A stretch of 64,000 bases of DNA from Eledone cirrhosa (lineage: Eukaryota). The notes beneath the pieces were generated by a model. That model did not search any database, was not told where the DNA came from, and saw only the letters and a list, made by a program, of their open reading frames with translations. Shown piece by piece: positions 1-14,097 of this stretch. The stretch covers positions 119,908,001-119,972,000 of the forward strand of contig OZ024740.1 in assembly GCA_964016885.1 (NCBI GenBank), given 5' to 3'. The translations under genes were made by a program, and so were the position numbers. The first letter of the stretch is position 1. Every line of letters starts with the position of its first letter.

Positions 1-595
1 CCCAGCCGCCTTACCAGTCTTCATATCCTTGATTGCCTTACTTATTATACTCCCCTCGACTAACACTGCTGGTCCCTCTATTGGGTCGATATGGGGGAGA
101 CTGCCTTTCTCCCAATTATTCTCCTCATTTAGAAGCCTTTCATAGTGACACTTCCAAGCTACCTTCTTATCAGCGTCGGTGATGGCAAGTGTGCCATCGT
201 CGTTTAGTACACACTTCTCCCCGACAATATCACGGTTTTCCTTGACGCATTGCCTAGCAATCCTGAACACCTCACGTTTTTGGTCATCGCGTTGTAGAAC
301 ATGCTTGAACTTTCTTTCCTCAGCTTCCCTTCTTGCTAAGTACACTTGTCTCCTAGCTTCCCTCCTGGCCACTTGATAGTCCTCTCTACTTCCCCCATCC
401 CGCCATACTTTCCAAGCCTGCTTTTTGGCCTTAATTGACCCCTCCACCTTACTGTTCCACCACCATGTTACTCTCCTCCTGCCTACAGGCCTGCTCCAGC
501 CACAGACCTCGTCTGTCGCCAACAGCAGGTTTGCTTTCAGAAATTCCCACTCTCCCTCTATATTGTCCGACTCTAAATGTTCTTCCTTACTGTCG
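1..595 (-). mobile_element. RTE-clade LINE ORF fragment (region between endonuclease and RT)
   Basis: Minus frame reads ..RRVTWWWNSKVEGSIKAKKQAWK..VAWKCHYERLLNEEN..AIKDMKTGKAAG, a typical LINE linker. Runs off the window edge. Confidence 0.85.
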
Positions 596-711
596 AATAT
601 ACATATAATTTATATTCCATTTATATTTACCATCTTCAACAACTGCATTAATACAGATATTCTATTCTTATATATATCCTGTTTATATACTACCAATAAA
701 GATTCTAACTT

Positions 712-794
712 GATTGTTTCTGAAGAAAACGGTATGATCGAACCTATATATTATGTCTGATAGTATACAGTTCTGTAACTGCTGTAGATCAGTC
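712..794 (+). ncRNA. Degenerate hammerhead-like motif (PLE pLTR remnant)
   Basis: gattgttt-CTGAAGA-long stem II-GTAA (for GAAA)-ctgctg-TA-gatcagtc; core mutated. Confidence 0.35.
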
Positions 795-921
795 ACTATA
801 TCAATATGATCAACCCTCCGAAATGGTCATAAAACAATGAAATGAATATGTAAATTAACTTGCCTCATTATTATTATCATTGTTAAACTAATATCTAATA
901 TCTAATATATATATATATATA

Positions 922-1408
922 TCATCATCATCATCATTGTCGTTTAACGTCTATCTTCCACGCTAGCATGGGTTTAGACGGGAATTGTCCCACGTGAGGC
1001 ACGATTGGTTGTCTTTCTCATATAGGACTGTCTGGCAGGTTTTCTACAGCTGGATGCCCTTCCTAACACCAACCACATTTACAGTGTGGACTGGGAGGTT
1101 TTTACCGTGTTACCTACACGGCCACATTACAGCGTGGACTGTGTGTTTTTTTGTTGTGATACCTACTCGACCTCATTTATTTAGGACTGGATGTTGTGGC
1201 ACCAACATAACTTTAGGTGTAGATGGTGGTGGGGGTAATGGTAGTGGGGTGGGGGTGTATTTTTGGTTAGGAGGTGCCTACTGACTGTAGGTTTCGCTTT
1301 GTACTTAGGCAAGGCGGGTCTTCTGTATTACTGCGTAGCGCCAAAGATCTTGGTCCAGTGACATTGACTTGGAGAGGTGTAAGTGTGTAAGGTCAGAATT
1401 TATCAAAT
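922..1408 (-). mobile_element. RTE LINE 3' end (ORF end + 3'UTR + (ATG)n tail)
   Basis: Matches the 3' end of the copy at 47675-49078 (..INSDLTHLHLSKSMSLDQDLWRYAVIQKTRLA*); (cat)n tail on the + strand at 922-938. Confidence 0.88.
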
Positions 1409-1426
1409 ATATATATATTTATAAGT

Positions 1427-1662
1427 GAAGGTGCATGGCTTAATGGTTAGAGTGTTGGGCTTACAATCCTGAGGTTGTGACTTCGATTCCCAGACTGGGC
1501 TTTGCATTGTGTTCTTGAGCAAAACACTTTATTTCACATTGCTCCAGTTCACTTAGCTGTAGAAATGAGTTAAATAACCTCACCAATCCAGAATTTGGTG
1601 GAGGTCAATCAGGGAGGGGTTCCACAAGTAGGAGTGAAGAGGCCCTTGATTGGATTGGATTG
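1427..1662 (+). mobile_element. tRNA-derived SINE (family A head)
   Basis: A box tggcttaatggttaga, B box acttcgattcc, shared core cttgagcaaaacactttatttcacattgctccag, (gattg)n tail. Confidence 0.8.
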
Positions 1663-1989
1663 TATATATATATATATATATATAACAGCTGTGTATGTAT
1701 ATATATGTAGGTATACCTACACAGATTTGAGCACAAATGAAAGCCACTAAAAATGTTTATGTCATCTAAAGCACCAGAAAATAAGTAAAATAAACTTGAA
1801 AATAGTATTTAGGGCCATGATATTAGGGACCTTAATTGATTGTTTCAGGCCATGTGGTGGTGTTTATAAGTCAGCAACAGTAGATGAATGGGAGTGTAGG
1901 GTGTCCTTGTATACTATTCATCCTTTAAGCCACTTCTCACTAATGTATCATTGAATGGTGAATAACAATATCAAAGATAAATTTATTGC

Positions 1990-2170
1990 TCCATAAAAGT
2001 TCCTAAAGTTATATGTGACTGGTTGGAGTGCCTATATATACCTCATATAGGAATAGCATTTACCAATTTTGAGATCCAGGGTGATGTCCAGAAAGTCGAT
2101 TTTGGTCAGGTTGCTGGTCGCTAGGTTGTTTAGCTGAATTCTTTGAAGATCCTTATAAATGGTTACAGAG
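1990..2170 (-). mobile_element. Penelope-like RT fragment
   Basis: ..SNLTKIDFLDITLDLKIGKCYSY.. resembles NLTNVNFLDINLDL in the PLE near 29740. Confidence 0.6.
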
Positions 2171-3039
2171 AACAAATAGTATAGATAGAGGACACCCCTA
2201 AGAGAGGAGAAATATAACATGACCCAATCCTCCATTCAATGTTGAGGTATTGACAAATATAGCTAAGAAATTTCTGGCACCAATCAGAAAACCTCCTTTA
2301 TAGAGATAAAGACCACAAGATCTTCAAGTTACACAGTATTGTGGTTAAATATTGTTGCTTAGGTTGCATCACTTCAAGTATTGCACATTATAACAGAAAA
2401 AAGCAGTTATTCACACAGGCTCTCACATACATACACCACTAAGCAATTGCCAACAGCTTACCAACAGTTGTCTAACTGGAGCCAGATTATCAAAGGCCAT
2501 GGTCAACAGAGCTACTTTCAGATTAGTGGATAGCTTGCAAAGGAACTATGTTAACCTGGAAGCTAAGGGGTTCAAGGGTCAATTTACCCAACAAGTATTC
2601 TCCTTTAGGAATAAGAATATAGATAAACTACCATTGTGTTGGGGATCCAGCTAGATCAATTGGGGATGGTTGCTTCTGATGGGATGCACTTGGTGTCAGT
2701 CTCCATGGCCCTCCCAGGAACAAGTGAAAGAAGAACAAGAAGAACAAGAGGATTCACTCCATTAGTGACACCGGATATGCAGAGCAGAAGAGCAGACAGA
2801 CTGAATAATGCCATCGCAGCACCTATGAAAATAAAGTGGAGTCCACCGACATGCAAGCATTCTCATGATCAACCATTTATCTGCTGTTTCTGACCTATCA
2901 ACACCACCACATGACCTGAAAAACCAAGCAATGGATTCCATTAACAGCATATCCCTCAACTCCATTTTGTTTCACTTATTCTCCAAACTATCTGATGACA
3001 GAGACTCTAAGCATACATAAATATCCAAATGCATATGTA

Positions 3040-3042
3040 CAT

Positions 3043-3086
<44 letters not shown>

Positions 3087-3100
3087 CCTAAATATGCATA

Positions 3101-3158
<58 letters not shown>

Positions 3159-3413
3159 CATATATACATACTTATATAGATATAAACACATATATTAATA
3201 TATATGTGTGTGTGTATATAATTATATACATATAAATATATGTACACATATATATATATACATATATATATACACATATAGTTATATATGTGCATGTATA
3301 TATATATAATTATATATACATATAAATATATATACACATACATACATACATATATATATATAATTATATATACATATAAATATATATACACATACATTTG
3401 TAGCCATCATATA

Positions 3414-3445
<32 letters not shown>

Positions 3446-3967
3446 CATATATATATATATACATACATATATATATGATGGCTGCAAATTCTGCAAAGAG
3501 TATTGCAATCGCTTGTCAGATAACAGAAAATGGTGCACTTTTAGGCTATGGCTAGAGACACGAACCTGTAACAGATCCTGAACAAGCAATGCCTGTGCTT
3601 TGAAGGTATTTTAAGTGGGGAAAGGTATACATACATACATACACACACACATATATATATATATCGACATACATATATTTATATATATATACACATACAT
3701 ATATATACATACACATATCATCATCATCATATATATATATATTTATATATACACATATACATACACATATATATATCTATACGCATATATATATATACAC
3801 ATATATATATATCTATACACATATATATATATCTATACACATATATATATATCTATACACATACATATATATATATATACATAAATATATATATGTATAT
3901 ATATACACATATATGTATATATGTGTATATATGTATATATATGTGTATATATATATATATATATACA
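3040..3967. repeat. Compound (TA)n/(CA)n/(TACA)n microsatellite field
   Basis: Directly visible. Similar fields at 4850-5130, 11406-11490, 11951-12310, 16020-16450, 31705-32080, 41520-42080, 44740-44860 and 51100-51180. Confidence 0.97.
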
Positions 3968-4196
3968 CACATATGAAGGAACGATCGACTTTCGTCAAAT
4001 CGGACCGAGGGAACAATGTTTCCGTTGGTCTTTCCAATTGCTAATACTATCTATCGGTCGCAACTCCAGGTAGAAGGAGCAACGTGAAATAAAGTGTCTT
4101 GCTCAAGGACATAACGCATCGCCTGGTCCAGGAATCGAACTCACAACCTTACGATTGCGAATCCAATTCTCTAACCACTTAGCCACACGCCTTCAC
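3968..4196 (-). mobile_element. tRNA-derived SINE (family A head, distinct 3' module)
   Basis: Minus: gaaggcgtgtggctaagtggttagag..gagttcgattcc..ccttgagcaagacactttatttcacgttgctcc plus a unique tail. Near-identical copy at 43067-43255. Confidence 0.85.
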
Positions 4197-4219
4197 ATAC
4201 ACACATATATACAAATATA

Positions 4220-4254
<35 letters not shown>

Positions 4255-4274
4255 TTATACACACATATATACAA

Positions 4275-4311
<37 letters not shown>

Positions 4312-4404
4312 TACATACATATATACACATATATATATATAAATATATACATATACATATATTAATAAAAGATCAGAGGCCATATTCAGTTGATTCAGGT
4401 TTAT

Positions 4405-4740
4405 GTAAAACTCCGTTATACATATTTCACTGAAGACAATCGATTATGATAGCCTGAGCTCTTCAGACGGTAAAACGTAAAATAAACATAGACTGTTCCT
4501 AAGAAACCTTTAAATTTGGAAAAATTGGATAAGGCCGGTCGTCAAAGAAACAATACCATGGATTTGGCCGGCCCCTGTATCATGAAAAGAAAATCTTTTT
4601 TTCGGGGAAGTTATCAGATTTTTCCAAATTTAAAGGTTTCTTAGGAACTTTCTATTTTTATTTTAGGTTTAGTCATCTGAAAAGCTCAGGCTAACATAAT
4701 TGATAGTTCTAAGTGAAATATGTAAAAGGGAGTTATAAAT
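4405..4740. repeat. Fold-back element with hammerhead-like motif
   Basis: Arms ~4410-4528 and ~4617-4735 are reverse complements (e.g. gttcctaagaaacctttaaatttggaaaaat / atttttccaaatttaaaggtttcttaggaac). Minus-strand motif 4413-4470: ccgt-CTGAAGA..GAAA-tatgta-TA-acgg. Confidence 0.8.
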
Positions 4741-4890
4741 AACATAGAGGTCGTTGAGTGCTTCTTTTTATCTGCTTCGCAACCAACAGACCATGGTGTG
4801 ATCCGCACATCCCTGTACTGTTAACGCCTTTACTCTTTACATAATATATATCTATATTTACACACACATATATATATATATATATATGTA

Positions 4891-4935
<45 letters not shown>

Positions 4936-5076
4936 AATATTATATATATATATATACATATATGTATATATATATATATATATAATATTTACATATATAT
5001 ATATATATAAATACACATATATGTATATATATATATAATATTTACATATATATATATATATAAATATACATATATG

Positions 5077-5123
<47 letters not shown>

Positions 5124-5309
5124 GCATATACAATGTAGTTGAGGCTGAGAGTAAAGTGTGCACATAACCGGAGTAGAATTTAAATATTCATTTTATTAAG
5201 GATAAAGATTGAGTCTTGTTACTCTGTCATTTTGACTGCTCCTCACAACTTCTTCAGTGTAAGAAGAATTACAATTTAGCGTTAAGAAAATGAATGTATA
5301 TATATATAT

Positions 5310-5635
5310 ATAATAGCACAGATTAAAATAATCTCTGCTTTCACCCTAGAGTGGGATCTTTTCAAACTGAGAAATATCAATCCACAGATGCAGATGTAAA
5401 TATTTAGAAAAATTACGACCTATATTGCCTCTAAAATATAGAAGACATTATGGTAACACATTAAAACTGTTAATTTTTCCTACCTTTTTAAAGACAATAG
5501 TTAGTCGTAATTGTTTTTTAAATATTTAAAAGTGCGTCCACAAATTGTAATTTCTCAGTTTCTGAAGATTGAACTTATGTGTGAAAGCAGAAATTCTTCG
5601 CTTAAACTTTTAATCTGTGCTAATAATAATTATTT
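5310..5635. repeat. Degenerate fold-back element with hammerhead-like motif (same family as 10765-10995)
   Basis: Termini tagcacagattaaaa / ttttaatctgtgcta. Motif 5557-5608: agttt-CTGAAGA..GAAA-gc..gc-TT-aaact. Confidence 0.7.
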
Positions 5636-5751
5636 GCTCTACGAGTTTATATATTTTTATATTTATAACCATTACCGAGTCTTCTCTGGGTTTTGGTCTT
5701 TGCATTTATTATTACTACAATATATATACATACACACCAATATATATACGT

Positions 5752-5790
<39 letters not shown>

Positions 5791-5929
5791 AATACATATA
5801 TGTACACACACTTATTCATATAATATATATACACACACACACACAGATATATATATATACATATACATACACGCAGACATATATATAAATACATATATGT
5901 ACATACACACTTATACATATATATACATA

Positions 5930-6326
5930 TATATTAATAAAAGGAATTCCAACTTTGTCTGATTTACTCGTTTTATTTACAATCCTTTAAAATTTATAAT
6001 GGTATTAGAATGAAATAGTATGGTAGAATATTAAATGTTAAGTGTTAATTTAACAAGTACTTTCAGGCTTTTGCAATCTTCAGGTTCATAATGTGTGGTG
6101 ACAGTCAAGTTTGCAATTTTCAACTGTCAACAGTTGAAAATTGCAAACTTGACTGTCACCACAGAATTGAACGTGAAGATTGCGACAGCCTGAAAGTACT
6201 TGTTAAATTAACACTTAACATTTAATATTCTACCATACTATTTCATTCTAATACCATTATAAATTTTAAAGGATTGTAAATAAAACGAGTAAATCAGACA
6301 AAGTTGGAATTCCTTTTATTAATATA
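5930..6326. repeat. ~397-bp near-perfect palindrome carrying a minimal hammerhead-like motif
   Basis: Arms of ~198 bp around centre caactgt-ca-acagttg (6128). Motif 6050-6088 (-): tgaac-CTGAAGA-t-tgc-aaaa-gcc-t-GAAA-GTAC-TT-gttaa. Confidence 0.95.
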
Positions 6327-7304
6327 ATCTTCTATACACAATCATACACACCCGTGTATATTTATCTATCTATATATATATACATATATATATACACATT
6401 TTATTAAGGATAATTAATATGTCTTGTTACACTGTAGTTTTGACTGTTTAACAGCCCATTTTTGATAAGAAATTGAATGGAAACATGGAGGACAGATTTA
6501 AGGAAATAAATAATTGCAATTTTTCACTCGGCGATTTAAGCTGCAGCCAAGCACCAACTTTCTATTTGGCAGAACATATTGAGGATAATAGATATACGTC
6601 TACAGTCAGAAGAATATATTGAGGAAATTTATTAATGTTACAAGTGTATTGATGGACATAAAACTCTACCATATAATCACAGTCTTATGTAAAAGAATAA
6701 ATTTTATGAAATCGTTAGATACTTATTATTGGAACCTAATTATAAATTGTTCTATATATATACACATTCAGGATGTTCATTGTAGATTCAGGCTTTATTT
6801 CAGCTATAATGTGCCTGAATTCCTTTTGCTACTTAATTTGTGTAAAGAAATCGCCACCATTTTTTAATTTTCAATGGGGTGTGAATTAACTGCAATTTCT
6901 CTTTCAAATATATACAGATAACTAACAAATATTTTCATCAACATTTAATATACTATTTTTAAAAAAAAAGCATTAGAGATTATTACATCATATGTTTGAT
7001 TTACTTAAGTAGCTTGAATTATATTCCAATTAATTTTGTTGCTACAATAAGTTTATTCGAGATAATTCTTGAGAAACTCTTTCATTTTTAAGTCATCAAT
7101 TTTATATGTAATTATCTATTCAGATTAAGAATTCCTTATTTATGAATATTATTTCCTGAGAAACACTAGAATTCTGGTAAAAAATAAACCGTTTTTTTTC
7201 TTGCACATGTCTTATATTTCTCTATTTTAGCTGCTATGTTAATTTTTTTTTCTGATAAATGGGTTGATTAAATTTCTTTCTAGAACACTATGGTGAATGT
7301 GCAT

Positions 7305-7570
7305 GTATCAGTGGTTAGGGTGTTGTGATCATAATCATAAGATCATTTCGGCCTTCAGCAAGACAGTTTATTTCACATCACCCCCAGTTCACCCAGTTAG
7401 CAAAAATGAGTGGCAATGACACTAGTGCCAAGCTGTATTGATCTTGGCCTTTCCCTTATACAATATGGAGATATAGAAGGGATGACTGGCATGAGTGAGT
7501 GGTCTTCCACAAGGAATATTATTCATGCTGGTGACCTGGAGAGGAATTTTCAGGTGTAATCCTATGTTTA
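7305..7570 (+). mobile_element. Old degenerate tRNA-SINE (family A)
   Basis: agtggttagggtgttg..agcaagacagtttatttcacat..ccagttcacccag..aaatgagt..gtgccaagctgtat, similar to 26485-26700. Confidence 0.6.
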
Positions 7571-10398
7571 TATGGAAATTTTACATAGCTATGACTTAAT
7601 TAAGTAGCTTAAAATTTGGTTGAAGTTTTTTAAATGTTACATGATATATAAATATTGGCAAATTCACCATGCAACATATAAACAAGGCTATACATAAGTT
7701 ATAATTGCAGATAAAATAGGCAATGCTAAAATTAAACTTCAGAGATTTTAAATGTTCCACAGCAACCAGAAATCATCACATTAAAAAATAAATGCAAAGC
7801 AAACATGTATACCAGGAAATGAAAAAGCTTTATCAAAATAAACATAAAGTGAGTAAAAATTATAATTTAGAAATGTATGAAATGTATTTTTATACAATAG
7901 AGCATGCATATAACCACATCATGCACATATTTAGAATAGTAATCTTTTTATTTCTTTTTATATTCTTTATTTAAAGATTATTGGAAACCAAGTTGAAATG
8001 CTACAATGGAATAAAACTTGTATTAAAAATATTAACAATTTAAGTGATCTTAAATTTTTCATTTGAAAACTTTAGTTTCTAGAAACAAACGTCTACACCT
8101 ATATGTCACAAAATTTTATATTTTCACTTTGTAGCAGAGTGTAGCCTCCTGAAAATATAGTGTCTCTATGTTTTTATTGTGACCATATGTAAAGAGTTTA
8201 GATTGTCTGTTACAATTTTTTTTTTTCTCATTTTTTTTTCTCGGAAGTCATTAAACATTGTTTTAATTTTAATATTGAAATATTTCTATTTTACACTTTA
8301 AAGTGTAAAATAAATGTCAGAATGTTTGGATTTGAAACTGAAATAAATAAATACAGAATGAGTAAGTAAATAAAGAGAATAAATAAATAAATGGATTAGA
8401 AAGAAATAAAGTGTCATGACAGATTTATTCTACCATTGAATATGAGAAAACTCAAGAAATAGCATTGTATCAGATGGATTGTTTCTTCTTTTACTGTCAT
8501 TCTGTTGTATGTTATTTTTTTAATCTACTGTCTTTAAAGTAATACTTGAGTAAAAATGAAAAGTAATTCAGTACAAATCAATCATGTTTAACTTGTCATG
8601 ATTATTAAAATTAAAAATGAAATTAAAATAAAACATAAAATGTAATTATTTTTTATTATTTATATTTGGTCCAATGCTAACAATACAAAAACGGTTTTGT
8701 TTGCTTTTTTTGTATATTCCTTTAACATCAATATGAAATGAAAATGGTAAATTCTGTTCAATAATAGCAAGCAAACAAGGAACTGGCATTAAAAAGCAAC
8801 ACACAATGAGAATTTGATGCTGAAAATAGGAGCAGATTTCTCAAGAAAATTGAGAGAATAGGGAGCAAGCATTCCCATATGAGAGATTGTCATAATGCTT
8901 TTCCTGGTAGAAAGAAAATTTATACTTTTCTTTTCATTAAACTTACGGTTGCTTGTATTTTTAAACTATTTTTGAAATAAATCATAAAAAAATTCAAAAA
9001 CTGATGAAAATTAATTTTTGTGTTTTCTCATCAAATCAAAGTTGACTTTAATGTTATTAAAATTCAGGCTTCCTTCTCCAAATAAATATATAGGAAGTTG
9101 CTGTTTTTTTAGTCTCTGATGTACATTTCATCATCACCATTGTCATCAGCATAATCCTGATAATTACCAAAATGTTACTGGTTGTGTCATTGTTTAGCTA
9201 CTTGCCTGCCACATCTAAATCAGAAGAATAAGACTGAAAGTGACAGAACGTATATAGGCATCTATGTTTGCAACACAAACTTAGCACACAAATATTCGAC
9301 TGCTTTTCCCTGCCATTGGGATGTGAAATATTGTTACTGCTATTATTTCTCAAGTGAGGATGCTTCAATGAAATAAAAATGGAAATAATGATGAAGACCT
9401 TGTTACAATGAGTGACAAAATTTATGCTAGATTTTTCTTTTTCTAAATAAGACAAAGCAGATCAATTATAATCTCAGCCACATTGTGTAATTCTAAATTT
9501 AATTCTATTTTTGTTTTTTTACTTAAACTCTTCTGAATCATGAATTGTGAGCCAACTTAGAAAAAATATAATTACTATACTTTTAAAAATAATCATAATA
9601 TTATAATGTGTGCATGTATGTCTGCATGCAATTCTCAATGGAATGACTGTTTAAACAAACAATATTCTTTTAAAATTTTACAGGTGGATGTGTATTTATG
9701 TTCACACAATTAAGTTTGTGCGTACTCACAAAAAGAGTGAAATTTATAGATGCTAATAGCAGAAAAAAACAAAGGAGAATTGATATATACTTTTATTGTT
9801 GATTTCTGTTAACGAACATAACTGTTTAAAGAGATTTAAACAAAGTTAACGGGAATATAGAAACTTCGTTTTTATGTATATAATAATAGTAATTTTGACA
9901 GCTTATTTATTTCTTGTCTAGTGGATTTGATTAACATTTAGAATTAAGTAATATCTAAAATCTAAAAGAAAATAATTTGAATATCATAAAAAATATTCCT
10001 TGCCTCAAACCCATGTGTAAACATATTCAGATGTTTTGTGTTCTAAGAGGTGTTGTGAATAATGAAAAGGGAATTTTGTTAAAGTATTCTACTTTAGATA
10101 TATTAGGTTCTTAAAAGATTTTTTGAGAGAAATGGTGTATTTTATACATTAAATAATATCTAAGAAGAGCTTACAACCAAAATAATATCTAAGAAGACCT
10201 TACAACCCTAGTAGATAACAGAGAACACACTGAACTGAACAAAAATATTAAAAAAGGGCACGCTAATCATTAAAATCTTATAATAATATGATACAAATTT
10301 CTTTTTCGCATCACAAACAGTCTGCCAAATGAATGAAACAAAGTTGACGTAGCATGCATACATGACAATGAATCTATGAAAACATAGAGAAGCTAGAG

Positions 10399-10447
<49 letters not shown>

Positions 10448-10490
10448 ATTGATGGCTGAGAGAAAAGAGTCCTCGATACCAAAGTAGAGT

Positions 10491-10540
10491 TCTTGTTTGA
10501 TGACCCTGTGATAAACAGGTGAAACACCAGAGTAACAAGA
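10491..10540 (+). ncRNA. Minimal type-I hammerhead-like motif
   Basis: tcttgt-TTGATGA-c-cctgt-gataa-acagg-t-GAAA-caccagag-TA-acaaga: perfect 6-bp stem I, 5-bp stem II, C3->U. Confidence 0.65.
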
Positions 10541-10764
10541 TTTAATAAAAAGAATATATATATGTGTGTGTATATGCAGACATATATAGGCATATCCATA
10601 GATAAAAGTGTGTTATATATACTCAGATTTACTTGCAGTGTGCTCAAAATGAGAAAGCCAAGTAATGCTAGTGAATCCTTAGTTTGAAGTTTTATCACAC
10701 ATTTTCAGTACTCTTATTCTTATTTGTTCCTTTAATATATTTATCAATATATATTTATCAATAT

Positions 10765-10995
10765 ATATTTATTATTAGCATAGATTAAAAGTTTAAGTAA
10801 ACAATTTCTGCTTTCACCCTAAAGCTAGATCTACTGAAATGGAGAAACATCAATCTGTGGATGAAGATGTAAATATTTTGAAAAGATTACATCTGTAGCC
10901 ATGGATTGATATTTCTCAGTTTTAGAAGATCCTGCTTTAGATTGAAAGTAGAAATTGTTTACTTAGACTTTTAATCTGAGCTAATAATAAATATT
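10765..10995. repeat. Fold-back element (family of 5310-5635)
   Basis: tatttattattagc..gattaaaagtttaagtaaacaatttctgctttca versus tgaaagtagaaattgtttacttagacttttaatc..gctaataataaata. Confidence 0.85.
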
Positions 10996-11401
10996 TGCAC
11001 CGTGGGCTTTTATATACTTACATATCTACAACTCTTATTGAGTCCTCTCTGGATTTTGGTCTTTGTATTTATTGTTACTAATTTATATAGTTGAAAAATT
11101 AGGTAAAATTCCATACAAATCGAAGATTGTAGGTAAAAAGTAAAAATAAAAAAGAACAGGAGTGTATATGAAGAGTGCATTTCTTTAAAATACAACAAAT
11201 TAAATATGTTCTAACTGCTCACAGAATATGATGACAATTTTTTAAAATATGTGATGAGATTGATATACCAATCAAAGCCAGTAATATTTGAGAAAACTTA
11301 AATTCATTTAATGTTACAATTATAAAAATATTTATTCTGTCGTTTTAAAGAAAAACATTATTTTTAATACATTCCTGCATATTTCCACTTTTACTTTTTA
11401 C

Positions 11402-11498
<97 letters not shown>

Positions 11499-11584
11499 TA
11501 GATAGATGCTTATATAAAGATATATATATAGGATCTTGATGGAAATCGAGAGGTGACTACTGACAATAAAGGTACTCAATAACT

Positions 11585-11740
11585 TAGTATATTCATTTTA
11601 TTATAGAAATTACTTCTACAGTATTAGAACTGTTTAATTCATAAGAAATCACCAAGACCTTCCTCATGATTTCTTGAAAATGGAACAGTTCTAGTACTGA
11701 AAAACTATTTTCTGTAATAAAATGAATATACCAATACTAT
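11585..11740. repeat. Fold-back element, degenerate member of the 41197/45755 hammerhead family
   Basis: gtatattcattttatta..cagtattagaactgttt..aagaaatca versus tgatttctt..aacagttctagtactg..taataaaatgaatatac. Confidence 0.7.
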
Positions 11741-11947
11741 ACCAATATATCAAATACCATTTTTGACTGGTGCCACCTCCCAATTTTCATCGAGATCATA
11801 CACACACACACATATCTATATACATATGTTAATTTATATGCAAACTCTCCGTTACAGAAAAATTTATATTTGCAGCTTCTGATGACTAGTCGAAGACAAG
11901 ATATAAACCTGTTCATTGTATGACTTTACATTTTCCAATGTCTTTGA

Positions 11948-11992
<45 letters not shown>

Positions 11993-12051
11993 TATATATA
12001 TAAAATATATATATATATATATATATAAAATATATATATATATATATATAT

Positions 12052-12140
<89 letters not shown>

Positions 12141-12246
12141 ATATATACATACACACACACATGTATATATATATATGTGTGTGTGTATATATACATACAC
12201 ACACACACATGTATATATATATTAATATATATATATATATATACAT

Positions 12247-12290
<44 letters not shown>

Positions 12291-12616
12291 TGTATATATA
12301 TATATATATGAAAACCTCCTGCATAATTTCCATCTTTGAAACTTAAACAAAAGGCATAGGTCAGCCCAAGGCTTTAGTAGAATTCACTTGCTAAATAAGC
12401 CATGCTGTAGGAATGAAAGCTGAATCCAAAGCATTGTAAAGTAAAGGTGCTAAACATAGAGCTATGTCAGTGCCAAAATAAATATGTTCCCACAATACTT
12501 TAGATACAGGATGAAGCAGACCTGTTCAATATTAAATTTCAATTTGTCACTATAGTAGAGTTAACCTTACTTTTATGTGTTTTACAAAAATAGTATTATT
12601 TCAATACTATGCCCAA

Positions 12617-12669
<53 letters not shown>

Positions 12670-12672
<3 letters not shown>

Positions 12673-12845
12673 TCATCACCGTTTTACGTCCATTCTTCCA
12701 GGCTAGCATGGGTTAGACGGGTTGTTCTGTTGTGGGCAGTGCCTGGTCGGCTGACCATGCCTTGCTCATACAGGAACTGATTTGGCTTGATTTATACAGC
12801 TGGATGCCCTTCCTAACACCAACCTCATTTACAGTGAGTGCTGTA
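12670..12845 (-). mobile_element. RTE-type 3' tail fragment
   Basis: catcatcaccgttttacgtccattcttccaggctagcatgggttagacggg.., matching 32320-32495 and 44858-45050. Confidence 0.8.
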
Positions 12846-14039
12846 TATATATATATATATATATATTCCGTAATATAAATAATTCTTTCTTTTATGACTG
12901 GTCCTAATCTTTGTAATCACTGTATCATATTCACAAATGCACATACACACACTCCTCTGTTTAGTATTGAAGGTCTCAAGAATATGTGCTCAATACCATT
13001 GAAGAGACAATACTTTCAAGAAGGTCAAGTGTTCCATTACACTGGTGTTTCTTCTATTTGTTTACAAAGTCACCAGACAATCTCAACTGTTTAATATCAC
13101 ATGAATAAAGTATTTTCCTTCTGTATCCCTATCCAAACACTCACACATGAATATACACATGCATATATGCACACACATACATATACACATGTATAAATAT
13201 ATATACATATATACATATACATTATATATTTAGATACATATGTATACATATATATATATATACATACATACATATATATTTACATACATAACCATATATA
13301 CACACAAACACATATATATATATGCACACATATACACAAACACTGTGTGTGTGCATTTACCTATACTCTGCAAGCAACACATATCTATATGTCAGAATAA
13401 TTGTTGAAGACAGTTTAAAATATTATGAAATACAAGATATTCTTTATTTCTTAATTTATGTTAACTGATTGCACACCAAAATTGAAATATTTTGGTGTTC
13501 ATGATTAAAAAAATTTGGTTGAATGGAAACAATATTAACTATAGATATTTAGATAAATTGATTGTCATCGATTGAAAAAAGACCATATCTTTAAATGACA
13601 ATTTTTTAAACACTTATTATACTTAATTGTTCATAAAATAGCTCCACAGCACTTTTTTCATCTATTTCCACTATTGTAGTTTCGCAATAACATACGGTTA
13701 TATTATAACAAAGAGAAACAAAACAGTTAGTACAAATATCAACCAATTGCTAACTTGAAGACCAACCATCATGGGAGGATATAATAAATTTTGTCAGTTC
13801 AGAAGCAGAGATATGCAAATTTAATTTCCTTATTCTGATATTAATTTTGAAGGGAAAATGTTTGCAAATGAAGTGTTAATGTTGTTAGGCATTATGATAA
13901 TTCTATGTATTTCGCAGACATTCCACAAATGATTTGTAATTTAATTACTTTTTACATGGTATACTTCACTTATACATTTTATAGGCTATTTTGGCAATAT
14001 GTATAAAATATAACCATTACATCTATTGAACTATTTTTG

Positions 14040-14097
<58 letters not shown>

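Noticed and set aside
2656-2856. Two-helix hydrophobic mini-ORF
   Set aside because: The hydrophobicity comes partly from an (agaacaaga)n repeat read antisense; no splice or homology support.
11878-11912. CTGATGA followed by a small hairpin as another hammerhead
   Set aside because: GAAA and the stem I partner are not convincingly present.
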